Shown in pieces: positions 7,569 to 15,849 of a stretch of 44,778 nucleotides of DNA. Position 1 is the stretch's first letter. Every line of letters begins with the position of its first letter. The stretch spans positions 1 through 44,778 of the forward strand of contig JACPSX010000217.1 in NCBI GenBank assembly GCA_016193065.1, written 5' to 3'. A model generated the notes under the pieces. The model did no database searches. It worked only from the letters and a program-made list of their open reading frames with translations, and was not told the DNA's origin. The translations under genes and the position numbers were made by a program. The DNA is from Candidatus Tectimicrobiota bacterium (GTDB lineage Bacteria > JACPSX01).

Positions 7569-8975
7569 CTACAAGGCCAGGCCCAGAGCCCGCCAGTATG
7601 GGACGGCCAGGAAAGCCACCACCAGAGCCGTGAGAATCAGCATCAGGACCCCGACCTTGAAGACATCCCAGGCACTAAAGTATCCCAACTGGTATGCCAT
7701 GAGATTCGTAGTGGTCTGCAGCGGGTAGAGGATCACCGCATCTACCGAGATTCCCACGATGAGTCCCAAAACCACCGGGTTTAGCCCGAGAGTGCGGCCA
7801 AACGTCGCCGCCACAGGGATCAGTAAGGAAATACAGGCGGTCATGTTCGTAATGGTCAGGTGCACCACACTCACCAGGACCACCAGGAAAACCAGGATCC
7901 ACTCTGGTGCCAGGACCCTGGCAGAGAGGGCCAGGATCGCCTCCCGCGCAAACCACTGCGCTGCACCGCTGGCAGCCAATGCCTGGGCCAGTGTTAAAGA
8001 AACCCCTAGCACAAGGAACATGGACCACGACGCAGATTCCTCGAAATCCTTCCAGCCCAAGATGCCTAGATACGGCAACAGCAAGACGGCAGCCGCCAGC
8101 AGCGCCGGGATCACCGGATTCAAGCCGTGCCAAAAGTCGGTCAGCCAAAGAAGCGAGGTCACTCCCACGATCACGAGGACTTTGCCCTCAGTTAAGGAGA
8201 GGGGGCCTGCGCCAGCCGGGGTTTCCGGATTCCCATAAGGGGCAATCACTTTCTGCCTGTATAGGAAAGCAATAAGCCCACCGCCCAGGGCCAGCAGAGT
8301 CCAGTAGGGAAGCGCCATCAGGACAAACCAGCGCAGCCAGGAAAATCCGCCCAGGAGGGTGGCCGTCGTCATGGAGTTGATTCCACCGGTCAGCAGAGCT
8401 GAGGAGGCCAGTGGATGCAAAACACCGAGAGAGAGAAGAATGCCGCGGGGTAAAGGATCGCCGTGGGCCAGACCCAAACGCCGGAATCCTTTCTCGTAGG
8501 CGGGGATCAGGATCGCATTGCGTGTGATCGCCGAGGGCAGGACAAGGGCGAGGAAGGGCATGGACAGGAACAGCTTAAGGTATAGCCGGCCGGAGTGACC
8601 CATCCCACCTCGAATGAGCCAGCCTGCCATCCGGTCGGCAAGTCCGCTCTTCCTCACGGCCTGGCTCATGACCAAGATCGCAAGGAGAAAATACGGAAGA
8701 GGAGAAGCGAAACCGGCGAAGAGATCCGCCGTTGAGCCTACCCCCTGAACCACTGCGAGGAAGACAAGAGCCAGAATGGAACTCAAGGCAACCGGCAAGG
8801 CTTCGGTGGCCCACAGGAGAACCACCATGATTACGACCGCTATAACCCGCTGCCCGGAGGCAGAGAGTCCAGAAGGTCGTGGAAGGATCAAGAGGAGGAT
8901 GAAGAAGGCCAATGCTCCCAGAAGAAAACCCAGGGAACGGCGGTTGGAGAACTTCTCCTTCCGGCTTAGTTCCAT
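7569..8975 (-). CDS. SLC13/DASS-family anion:cation symporter permease
   Basis: Polytopic ORF with the typical DASS layout. I prefer the ATG at 8975 (MELSRKEKF...). The track extension to 9065 is encoded by repeat copy 9027..9179 (SNHEKD is the repeat translation). Confidence 0.82.
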   Translation of the reverse strand: MELSRKEKFSNRRSLGFLLGALAFFILLLILPRPSGLSASGQRVIAVVIMVVLLWATEALPVALSSILALVFLAVVQGVGSTADLFAGFASPLPYFLLAILVMSQAVRKSGLADRMAGWLIRGGMGHSGRLYLKLFLSMPFLALVLPSAITRNAILIPAYEKGFRRLGLAHGDPLPRGILLSLGVLHPLASSALLTGGINSMTTATLLGGFSWLRWFVLMALPYWTLLALGGGLIAFLYRQKVIAPYGNPETPAGAGPLSLTEGKVLVIVGVTSLLWLTDFWHGLNPVIPALLAAAVLLLPYLGILGWKDFEESASWSMFLVLGVSLTLAQALAASGAAQWFAREAILALSARVLAPEWILVFLVVLVSVVHLTITNMTACISLLIPVAATFGRTLGLNPVVLGLIVGISVDAVILYPLQTTTNLMAYQLGYFSAWDVFKVGVLMLILTALVVAFLAVPYWRALGLAL

Positions 8976-9026
8976 AGAGCGCGCTCGCGCGAATCGGGCC
9001 CGGGGAAGCAGATCACGGCGTCCCTC

Positions 9027-9179
9027 TAGCAGGATAGTGAAAAAGTCTTTTTCGTGGTTCGACAAGTCTCACCACGAACGGAAAATCATCAGCAATTTCA
9101 AGAGTTCCTCCGTTCGCCCTCACCCAGAAGCCGGGTACCCGGTCGAAGGGTGAATGGAGGGTTTTTCAGCATCCTGCTA
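9027..9179 (-). repeat. Structured palindromic intergenic element, family A, copy 1
   Basis: Terminal inverted repeats CTAGCAGGATAGTGAAAAAG / GTTTTTCAGCATCCTGCTAG (16/19). Internal hairpins TTCGTGG..CCACGAA and CCTCCGTTCGCCC..GGGTGAATGGAGG. Core palindrome CCGGGTACCCGG. Confidence 0.6.
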
Positions 9180-10322
9180 GATCACATCCGCGGTGAGGCC
9201 CTGGAAATCTCTGCCCTCATCCAGAACCAGTTGGACCGCCACCTGGGGCTCGTTGACCGGGCGGCCGATCTCGCCCAGAAGCCACACGTACACTTCCTGG
9301 AGCCCGTCGATCCGGTCGTGGATCTTGGCCGCCAGGTAATGGGAGAAAACGTTGTAGATTTTCCCCACGTGGCTCACCGGGTTTTTCCCCGCGGCAGCTT
9401 CCCCGCTGGCGGGACGGCTGAGAGGGATCAGACCGTTGACCCGATTTCCCCTGCCGACTTGCCCTGAATCTGCATCCTCGGCCGAAGTCCCGAGCAGACT
9501 CAAATAGACTCCCTCCAGACCATGCCCCTGTCGATCCAAAGTGTTTAGAGAACAGGTCATCGCCTCGAAGGAATCCGCAATCTTGAGCCCGTGAAGCTCG
9601 GCGAGAATCTCCTCCTTTTTTCGGAAGTAGGCGGACTCCGAATCCACCAGAGGAGCCAGAAGGGGCATGGCGATGGTCAGATGGAGAGTCCCCTGTCGCC
9701 GGAATCCCATGACCTTCACATCCTCCCCCGTCTCGGGAAACATGGACTTGAACGTCGGCGAGTTTAGATGTTTCTCCATTTCCAGGACTGCTGTCTCAGT
9801 CGGTGACAGGGGGGCGTACCCCACGGCCGCAGAGGTATCGTTGGATCCGGGCAGCGTACCCTCGCGCCGATCGAATATGGCCCTCAGCTCCTCCGATCCG
9901 GGAGCGAGCACGACCCGGTAGTTTACGTGGGACTCGGGATCCACATACCGCAGGTGCTGCCGGAACCAGGTTTTGGCCGTCTCCAGGCAAATCTCCTGGA
10001 CCGGAATCTGCACGCCTCCTGCGCTAAAGGTGGCGCGATCCCCGATGATCAGCTCCATGGGCCGGATCACCCGGCCTCCCCCAAAGGTCCGCTCCACCTG
10101 TCCGGCAACCAACAGGGCCTTGTCGATGTTGTGATGCAAAATGGAACCGAAGCGCTCCAGATACTGGCGGGAGAGGGCCTGGGAAATCGCCTCCATGATC
10201 CCGTCGCAGATGGAGTCCGGATGCCCGATCCCCTTGCGCTCGACAATCTCGATCTGGTGGCGGGATACCGGGAGCTGTCGAAGCTCTTCTACCAACACCT
10301 CGTTCACCTGAGTCTCCTTCAA
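9177..10322 (-). CDS. Archaeal-type S-adenosylmethionine synthetase (methionine adenosyltransferase)
   Basis: 381 aa starting ...IEIVERKGIGHPDSICDGIMEAISQAL, later GTSAEDADSGQVGRGNRVNGLI. This is the archaeal MAT architecture, not the bacterial MetK three-domain pattern. Confidence 0.82.
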   Translation of the reverse strand: MKETQVNEVLVEELRQLPVSRHQIEIVERKGIGHPDSICDGIMEAISQALSRQYLERFGSILHHNIDKALLVAGQVERTFGGGRVIRPMELIIGDRATFSAGGVQIPVQEICLETAKTWFRQHLRYVDPESHVNYRVVLAPGSEELRAIFDRREGTLPGSNDTSAAVGYAPLSPTETAVLEMEKHLNSPTFKSMFPETGEDVKVMGFRRQGTLHLTIAMPLLAPLVDSESAYFRKKEEILAELHGLKIADSFEAMTCSLNTLDRQGHGLEGVYLSLLGTSAEDADSGQVGRGNRVNGLIPLSRPASGEAAAGKNPVSHVGKIYNVFSHYLAAKIHDRIDGLQEVYVWLLGEIGRPVNEPQVAVQLVLDEGRDFQGLTADVI

Positions 10323-10387
10323 AAGCCCTTAGCTTTCAACCATCAGATCCAGCCCCCTCCCCACCCTCCCCCTGGATGGGTGGGGGG

Positions 10388-11395
10388 TTAAAGAGAGACC
10401 TCCCGTAAATATCGCGCCGCTTCTTCCGGAAGAACCGGGTTAATAAAAAAGCCAGTCCCCCACTCAAAACCCGCCACTCGGGTCAACGTAGGCATGATCT
10501 CAAAATGCCAGTGGTAGTAATCACAGGTCTGGGGATAGCGATCGTCAAAGGCAGCGGTGTGCATGATAAGGTTGTAAGGATGGGAGCCCAAAACCTTTTC
10601 GAGACGCCTGAGAACGGCTGAGAACGTCCTGGCCAAATCTTCCAGATCCAGGGCGGTGGCATCCTCATAACCGCACAGATGTTTTCTGGGCATGATCCAT
10701 ACCTCGAAGGGAAATCGTGAGGCATAAGGAGTAAATGCTGCGGTGGCGGGCCGGTTCTCGATGATACGGCTTTCCTGCTCAAGCTCCTGCTCCAGGATGT
10801 CGCAAAAGATGCAGCGATCGTGGTAGTCGAAGAAATTCTTACAGCCGTATAGTTCCAGGGCCACAGTTTGTGGAATGATCGGGAGGGCAATAATCTGGGA
10901 GTGAGAGTGCTCCAGGGAAGCTCCCGCCGCCTCTCCATGGTTCTTGAAGATCAAAGTATAGCGCAGGCGGGGATCTTTCTTCAGGTCTACCAGACGCTCC
11001 CGGTATGACCAGAGGACGTCACGGATCGTCGACTCCGAGGCCTGGGAAAGATTGAGATCATGGCGGGGTGTCTCAATGATCACCTCGTGGGCCCCGACCC
11101 CGTTCATCCGGTCGTAGACCCCGATCCCGCTGCGATCCAGGTTCCCCTCGATCCTCAAAGCTGGAAACTTATTCGGTATCACCCGGAGGGTCCAGCCTGG
11201 AGTGTCGGGGGGGGAACCAGGCGGCCGGTAAGCGAGAATCTCCGGCGGCGTCATGGACTCATTTCCGGGGCAAAAGGGGCAGGTTCCTCGCTGGGGTGCA
11301 GGCGCCTGGATCTTAAAATCCTTGGGCCGGGCCGCCCGCTCCGTGGAAATGATGACCCAGCGGCCTAGAATCGGATCCTTCCTGAGCTCAGGCAT
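10388..11395 (-). CDS. GalT-like HIT-superfamily nucleotidyltransferase, paralog 1 (HSHSQ active site)
   Basis: MPELRKDPILGRWVIIS..., Zn motif CPFCPGNE, nucleophile motif LEHSHSQIIALP. Confidence 0.8.
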   Translation of the reverse strand: MPELRKDPILGRWVIISTERAARPKDFKIQAPAPQRGTCPFCPGNESMTPPEILAYRPPGSPPDTPGWTLRVIPNKFPALRIEGNLDRSGIGVYDRMNGVGAHEVIIETPRHDLNLSQASESTIRDVLWSYRERLVDLKKDPRLRYTLIFKNHGEAAGASLEHSHSQIIALPIIPQTVALELYGCKNFFDYHDRCIFCDILEQELEQESRIIENRPATAAFTPYASRFPFEVWIMPRKHLCGYEDATALDLEDLARTFSAVLRRLEKVLGSHPYNLIMHTAAFDDRYPQTCDYYHWHFEIMPTLTRVAGFEWGTGFFINPVLPEEAARYLREVSL

Positions 11396-11425
11396 GAAGA
11401 GTCCTCGCCGGCAGCCGGCGCAAAT

Positions 11426-12400
11426 TCAATCGCCTACCTTTTCACACGCTGCTTTCAGTTGAGCCGCTGCCTCTTCCGGAGGGATGGAGTGGATGAAGAG
11501 CCCCGTGGCCCACTCAAACCCGTGCACTACCTCCACCCGCGGCCGCACTTCAAAATGCCAGTGGTACTGGGGCCGGTACTGCTCCTGCAAGGGCGAGGAG
11601 TGCAGGGCTAGGCTGTAATGGGGGTCATTGAGAGCAACGCGGATGCACGAAAACACCTGGCGCATGACCTTGGCAAGGTCGGCAATCTCGGCGTCGCTGA
11701 TCTGGCCGAAATCGCAGGAGTGCTTCTTCGGAAGAATCCAGGTCTCATACGGGTAGCGGGATGCAAAAGGGACAAAAGAGGCAAAGAGGTCCGTCTCCGC
11801 GATCATCCGCTCCTTCCGGCTGCTTTCCTGTCCGATGATGTCGCAGTAGATGCAGCGATCGTGGAACTGGGAATAGTTGAATGTCCCCTTCAGCTCCTCA
11901 TCTATGCGGCGGGGCACAATGGGGAGAGCCACAATGTGGGAGTGAGGATGGGGGAGGGCGGTGACATTCGGCCCGTGGTTCTTGACGATCACGATGTGCT
12001 TGAAGCGAGTATCCCGCCGCAGGTCCAGCATCCGCGCCCGGTAGGCATTGAGGACCCCTGCGAGTTGGGAGATCTCCATGGTGGCAAAGTGCTGGACATG
12101 TTCCGGGGTTTCGATGACGATCTCGTGGGCTCCCACCCCGTTCATCCGGTCGTAAAGCCCGTAGGCCCGCTTGGCCGGCTCCTCCTCGATGCGCAAAAAA
12201 GGGTATTTGTTGGGAACGACCCGAACCGTCCACCCCGGGGTGTCGCGTCTGGTGGAGTCCGGCCGGATGGCGAAGACTTCGGGAGGGGTCTCGGACTCGC
12301 TGCCGGGACAAAAGGGACACCTCTCCAGTGGTCGAGGTTGGTGATCCTTCATGACCACGACCCAGCGTTGGAGAACCGGTTCTTTCCTGAGCTCAGACAA
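11426..12400 (-). CDS. GalT-like HIT-superfamily nucleotidyltransferase, paralog 2 (HPHSH active site)
   Basis: TTG start with a GGAGGGGAGG RBS. MSELRKEPVLQRWVVV..., CPFCPGSE, LPHPHSHIVALP. Confidence 0.78.
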   Translation of the reverse strand: MSELRKEPVLQRWVVVMKDHQPRPLERCPFCPGSESETPPEVFAIRPDSTRRDTPGWTVRVVPNKYPFLRIEEEPAKRAYGLYDRMNGVGAHEIVIETPEHVQHFATMEISQLAGVLNAYRARMLDLRRDTRFKHIVIVKNHGPNVTALPHPHSHIVALPIVPRRIDEELKGTFNYSQFHDRCIYCDIIGQESSRKERMIAETDLFASFVPFASRYPYETWILPKKHSCDFGQISDAEIADLAKVMRQVFSCIRVALNDPHYSLALHSSPLQEQYRPQYHWHFEVRPRVEVVHGFEWATGLFIHSIPPEEAAAQLKAACEKVGD

Positions 12401-12471
12401 TGGCGTTTCCTCCCCTCCACATTGTAAACACCTTTATTTTAACACCAATACCGGCCTTCCGGGAGAGGGAA

Positions 12472-12590
12472 CCTGGGCACCCACCTGTCTGCGCCTGCCT
12501 GCCCCGCTGGGGCGGTAGGCAGGTGCGGACCTGTCTGCCGTGGCGGCACAGGCAGGCACGCACAGGCAGGCGCAGGGGTGCCCCCACATA
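12472..12590. repeat. GCAGGC-rich nested palindromic repeat, family B
   Basis: Outer stem GGGCACCC / GGGTGCCC. Inner hairpins CCTGCCTGCC..GGTAGGCAGG and CCTGTCTGCC..GGCACAGGCAGG. It is intergenic, between GH57 and GalT-like 2. Confidence 0.55.
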
Positions 12591-12772
12591 ACGGGTATCC
12601 CCCGGATGTCGCTATCCCTGGCGATTGCGATACAAGGGTGGGAAGGTCAATCCCTTTGGTGCTCTCCCTGACAGGGGACCACCCCGAAGGGCGGAGGAGG
12701 GAGGGTAGTAACTCCTCGGTGACAAACCGGGGATTGGTGAGGGAAACGGAGCTTGTGACGCGGGTCTTGCCA

Positions 12773-14428
12773 TCAGGAGGAGCTGCCATAAATACGGTAA
12801 TCGATTTCCGGAAAGATGCAATCTTGCGATTCCAGTCGGGAGAGCCACGTGCTTTCAATCCTCCCCTCCTGGATTTGCTCAGCCAGACGCAGAAAGCGCG
12901 TCAGATGGCTGCGGGTCCGCTGAGTGGCATAGTCCACGGTGGTCCCCGTTTTCATGATAAAGGCCCAATCGCTGGCCTGGACCAGAAGCAATTCCCGGGC
13001 CGCCTGGTTGAGGGCCCGGCGCTGAAGCCCCCTGGCCCGGGGAAACCTCTTGGCCAGCCCCACCATGCGGTTGGCGGCATGATGGAGATGGGGATAGATC
13101 CAGTCGTTGTTTCCGTTCAGCCAAACCTCGTTGTACCCCTTATACCCCCAACTAGAGGCCGCAGGGGAGCACACCTGGTTCACAGGATACAGATCCAGGT
13201 AGTCGGAGGGGGTAGCGAGGCGGAAAGTCCGTTGGTCGTAGGCCACTTTGCGGACAAGGAAGTCGATCCACTCGGGACCCTCAAACCACCAGTGCCCGAA
13301 CAGCTCGGCATCGTAAGGAGCAACCACGAGGGGGCTGCAGTCCATGATGGAGGAGAGGTGTTCGATTTGCTTCTCCCGGTTAAACAGGAAATTCCCCGCA
13401 TGGGTCGCGGCCCTTTCCACGGCCCAGGCGCGGACGTAGGGCTCCTTGTGATCCGTTTTTCCGGTGATCCGGTAGTATTTGATCCCTGTATGGGTCCGCA
13501 CCCCGCCAGCAGGGAGGTAGGGTTTCATCGTCTCATAGTCCAGGTCGTAGCCAATGTCCCGGTAAAACTCCCGGTAGTCAAAGTCCCCGGGATAGCCTTC
13601 GATGGAACTCCACACCGCCTTGGAGGATTCGGGATCCCTGCCGAAGGCCGCTACCCCCGCAGGGGTATAGACGGCCGCATAGACCCCGTAGCGAGGCCGT
13701 GGCTCGGCCAGGAGGAGGCCGTGCGTCTCGATGAAGAAATAGCGGATCTCAAACTCAAGCAGGAGCTCGTCGAGGCCGGGGAAATAACCGCATTCGGGAA
13801 GCCAGATTCCCACAGGATTCCTGCCGAAGTCTTTCCGGTACTCCTCGACTCCGACCCGCACCTGAGCCCGGACGGCCGCTTTGTTTACCGAGAGAAGGGG
13901 CAAGAAACCATGGGTGGCTGCAGACGTGATGCACTCCAAACCTCCGGTCTCCTGAAATGCCCGAAAAGCCTGGATCAGGTTTTTGTCGTAGCGGAGATAG
14001 AGATCCAGGGCTTTCCCGAACCGCTCCCGGTACATTTCGGCCACGCCGCGAAACTCGGGCTGTCCTCGCGTCCTCTCGATCTCCCGCTCGGAGAGCTCTA
14101 TGAGCCGGTGAATCCGCCGCAGGGCGCGCGACTGAAGCAAGGGATCCAGGAACATGGCCGCCAGAGTGGGAGAAAGGGAGAGGGTGAGTCGAAAGGGAAC
14201 CCCATCCCGGACCCATCCTTCCAGAACCTGAATCAGGGGGATGTAAGTCTCCACCACGGCTTCATAGAACCACTGCTCTTCCAGACAATCCTCGTACTCA
14301 GGATGCCGGATAAAGGGCAGGTGCGCATGAAGCACTAAAGCCAGATACCCTTTTTCCACCTCTCGGGTCTTTCTTCCCCTCCGGTCCTCATCCTTTTCCC
14401 CCGAATTGCGAAAGGCACTCTTCGGCAC
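12773..14428 (-). CDS. GH57-family alpha-1,4-glucan branching enzyme type
   Basis: LALVLHAHLPFIRHPEY, nucleophile context GIWLPECGY, acid/base context PYDAELFGHWWFEG, long C-terminal helical region. The start is uncertain: ATG 14428 overlaps the upstream gene by 41 nt, and a GTG at 14359 is an alternative. Confidence 0.8.
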   Translation of the reverse strand: MPKSAFRNSGEKDEDRRGRKTREVEKGYLALVLHAHLPFIRHPEYEDCLEEQWFYEAVVETYIPLIQVLEGWVRDGVPFRLTLSLSPTLAAMFLDPLLQSRALRRIHRLIELSEREIERTRGQPEFRGVAEMYRERFGKALDLYLRYDKNLIQAFRAFQETGGLECITSAATHGFLPLLSVNKAAVRAQVRVGVEEYRKDFGRNPVGIWLPECGYFPGLDELLLEFEIRYFFIETHGLLLAEPRPRYGVYAAVYTPAGVAAFGRDPESSKAVWSSIEGYPGDFDYREFYRDIGYDLDYETMKPYLPAGGVRTHTGIKYYRITGKTDHKEPYVRAWAVERAATHAGNFLFNREKQIEHLSSIMDCSPLVVAPYDAELFGHWWFEGPEWIDFLVRKVAYDQRTFRLATPSDYLDLYPVNQVCSPAASSWGYKGYNEVWLNGNNDWIYPHLHHAANRMVGLAKRFPRARGLQRRALNQAARELLLVQASDWAFIMKTGTTVDYATQRTRSHLTRFLRLAEQIQEGRIESTWLSRLESQDCIFPEIDYRIYGSSS

Positions 14429-15638
14429 GATTCAGGGACTTTTCCGCTTGAGCATACCAGAAGTCCTGCCCCCAATAGACGTAGCAGCTCGTCTGGCAGG
14501 TGAGAACTCTCTCTTCGGCTTCCCGATAGAGCGGGTCGTTGAAGCGATGAACCGAGTGGAGGAGACGGCTTACCTCCTCAATCCGGTTCAGGATCTCCCC
14601 GCCCCGCCCGCTCCGTTGCCAGGATTCGTGACCGCCAATCCACGAGCCGCCCTCCGCCCGGATCCTCACTTCCTCCTGGGGTCCTGCGGGACAGTAGCGT
14701 TCCAGGTAGTCCGATATGCTCAGCGACTCGATCCCATCCTCGCGGGAAAGAAGGCGGAAGAAAGGGGCAAAGGTCTCGGGAAAGAAGCGGAACATCATGT
14801 TGTTGCCGTTTTCCCCATCGCTCGTGGGGATGATCAAGAGCGGCTTTCCACCCTTGCCGAGGTGATCTCTCTTCCGGCGCAGGTCGTTATAGATGCCATT
14901 GGCATCACACCCCTCCTGCTGCCGGATCCCCATCTGGGTGTCCCGTACCACCGCCGTGATCTCTTCCTTCCCCTGGTCGTCTTCACAGACCAAACGGAAG
15001 ACCCCTCCTTCCACCGGCCCCTGCGCTTGCAGGACGTGCGGGGGGAGGATCAGCCACTGATAGCCCGCCCGTTTGAGGATGCGGATCAAGGCCGCCATCG
15101 ATTTTTCCCCAGGAACCCCCATCTCAGGAAGCCAGAAGCCCTTGACCCGTTTCAATGCCTCCTCTCCGAAGAGCTCTCCATACAGCTCTCGCCAACGGAG
15201 GATCTGCGCCTCCCAGTCGCGCCGGGGGCTCACGGGAAAATAACTGTGAAAGTAAGAGGAGCCGGCCATCTCCATGGTTTCCGGAATCCTCTCCAGAACC
15301 TCTCGGTACAGGGAGATGATGTTGCCGATCTTTTCCCCCTCCACCTCCAAGGAATCGAAGAACCCCGAGGAAGAAAGTTCCCAGAGCTCTTTCAGCAGGC
15401 AACCGGAGAAATCGAGAATAATCCGAGGAGAGAGGCCTTCTGCAGCCAGTTGCAGGACATGGCGGGCCGGGTTCTTATAGGCACGGGCAAAGATCCGCCC
15501 ATTCCAGCTCTCCTCGGAGTTAGGTGGACCAGTAATCATCTTCAAGAGGTTGCCCACAAGCTTTTCTCCGCCGTCTTCCCCCCGCCACACCGGCGGCTGG
15601 TGCATGTGGAGCCAGGGGACATAGACAACTTTCGTCAT
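14388..15638 (-). CDS. GH57-family glycoside hydrolase/transferase, paralog 2
   Basis: VYVPWLHMHQPPVW, GFWLPEMGV, IPTSDGENGNN. The ATG at 15638 has a GGGAGGGAGAGG RBS. Confidence 0.75.
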   Translation of the reverse strand: MTKVVYVPWLHMHQPPVWRGEDGGEKLVGNLLKMITGPPNSEESWNGRIFARAYKNPARHVLQLAAEGLSPRIILDFSGCLLKELWELSSSGFFDSLEVEGEKIGNIISLYREVLERIPETMEMAGSSYFHSYFPVSPRRDWEAQILRWRELYGELFGEEALKRVKGFWLPEMGVPGEKSMAALIRILKRAGYQWLILPPHVLQAQGPVEGGVFRLVCEDDQGKEEITAVVRDTQMGIRQQEGCDANGIYNDLRRKRDHLGKGGKPLLIIPTSDGENGNNMMFRFFPETFAPFFRLLSREDGIESLSISDYLERYCPAGPQEEVRIRAEGGSWIGGHESWQRSGRGGEILNRIEEVSRLLHSVHRFNDPLYREAEERVLTCQTSCYVYWGQDFWYAQAEKSLNRAEECLSQFGGKG

Positions 15639-15849
15639 AGGCACCTCTCCCTCCCTTAGTTCTGACCGGCAGCCCAGTGCCGTTCCAACTTGATCTGCCT
15701 AATTTGAGCGACCTGCCTGGCGCGAAAAGTACGGATCACGTGAACCGGAAACGTAGCCCAAAATAGTTGGAATGGCACTAGCTTACTCTCCTCCGGGGCG
15801 GAAAGTCTCCTTTCCATCCGAAACCCGGGTTTTCCTATTTCCCATGTTC

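Larger units (their letters stand above)
4300..7772. mobile_element. Decayed integrative island bounded by diverged direct copies of the SLC13 gene 3-prime end
   Basis: 4300..4500 and 7572..7772 align codon for codon (163/201 nt identical by my hand count). A recombinase remnant lies 46 nt from the inner boundary. The cargo is degraded and 5860..7110 is visibly lower in GC. Confidence 0.55.

Noticed and set aside
8976-9065. N-terminal 30-aa extension of the SLC13 ORF (MSNHEKDFF...)
   Set aside because: The extension is encoded by the family A repeat (SNHEKD is a repeat-derived translation). A downstream in-frame ATG at 8975 opens the conserved part of the protein.
12472-12590. Possible CRISPR array, because of recurring GCAGGC-type units (also 5680-5755)
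   Set aside because: There are no regularly spaced identical repeats with unique spacers. The units are short, degenerate and arranged as nested palindromes. No cas genes are present.
12578-14338. 586-aa plus-strand ORF, and the similar 417-aa ORF at 14406-15659, opposite the GH57 genes
   Set aside because: They are antisense to ORFs with clear GH57 motifs. Their translations are Arg/Pro/Gly-rich with no recognisable domain. Long stop-free antisense frames are expected at this GC content.
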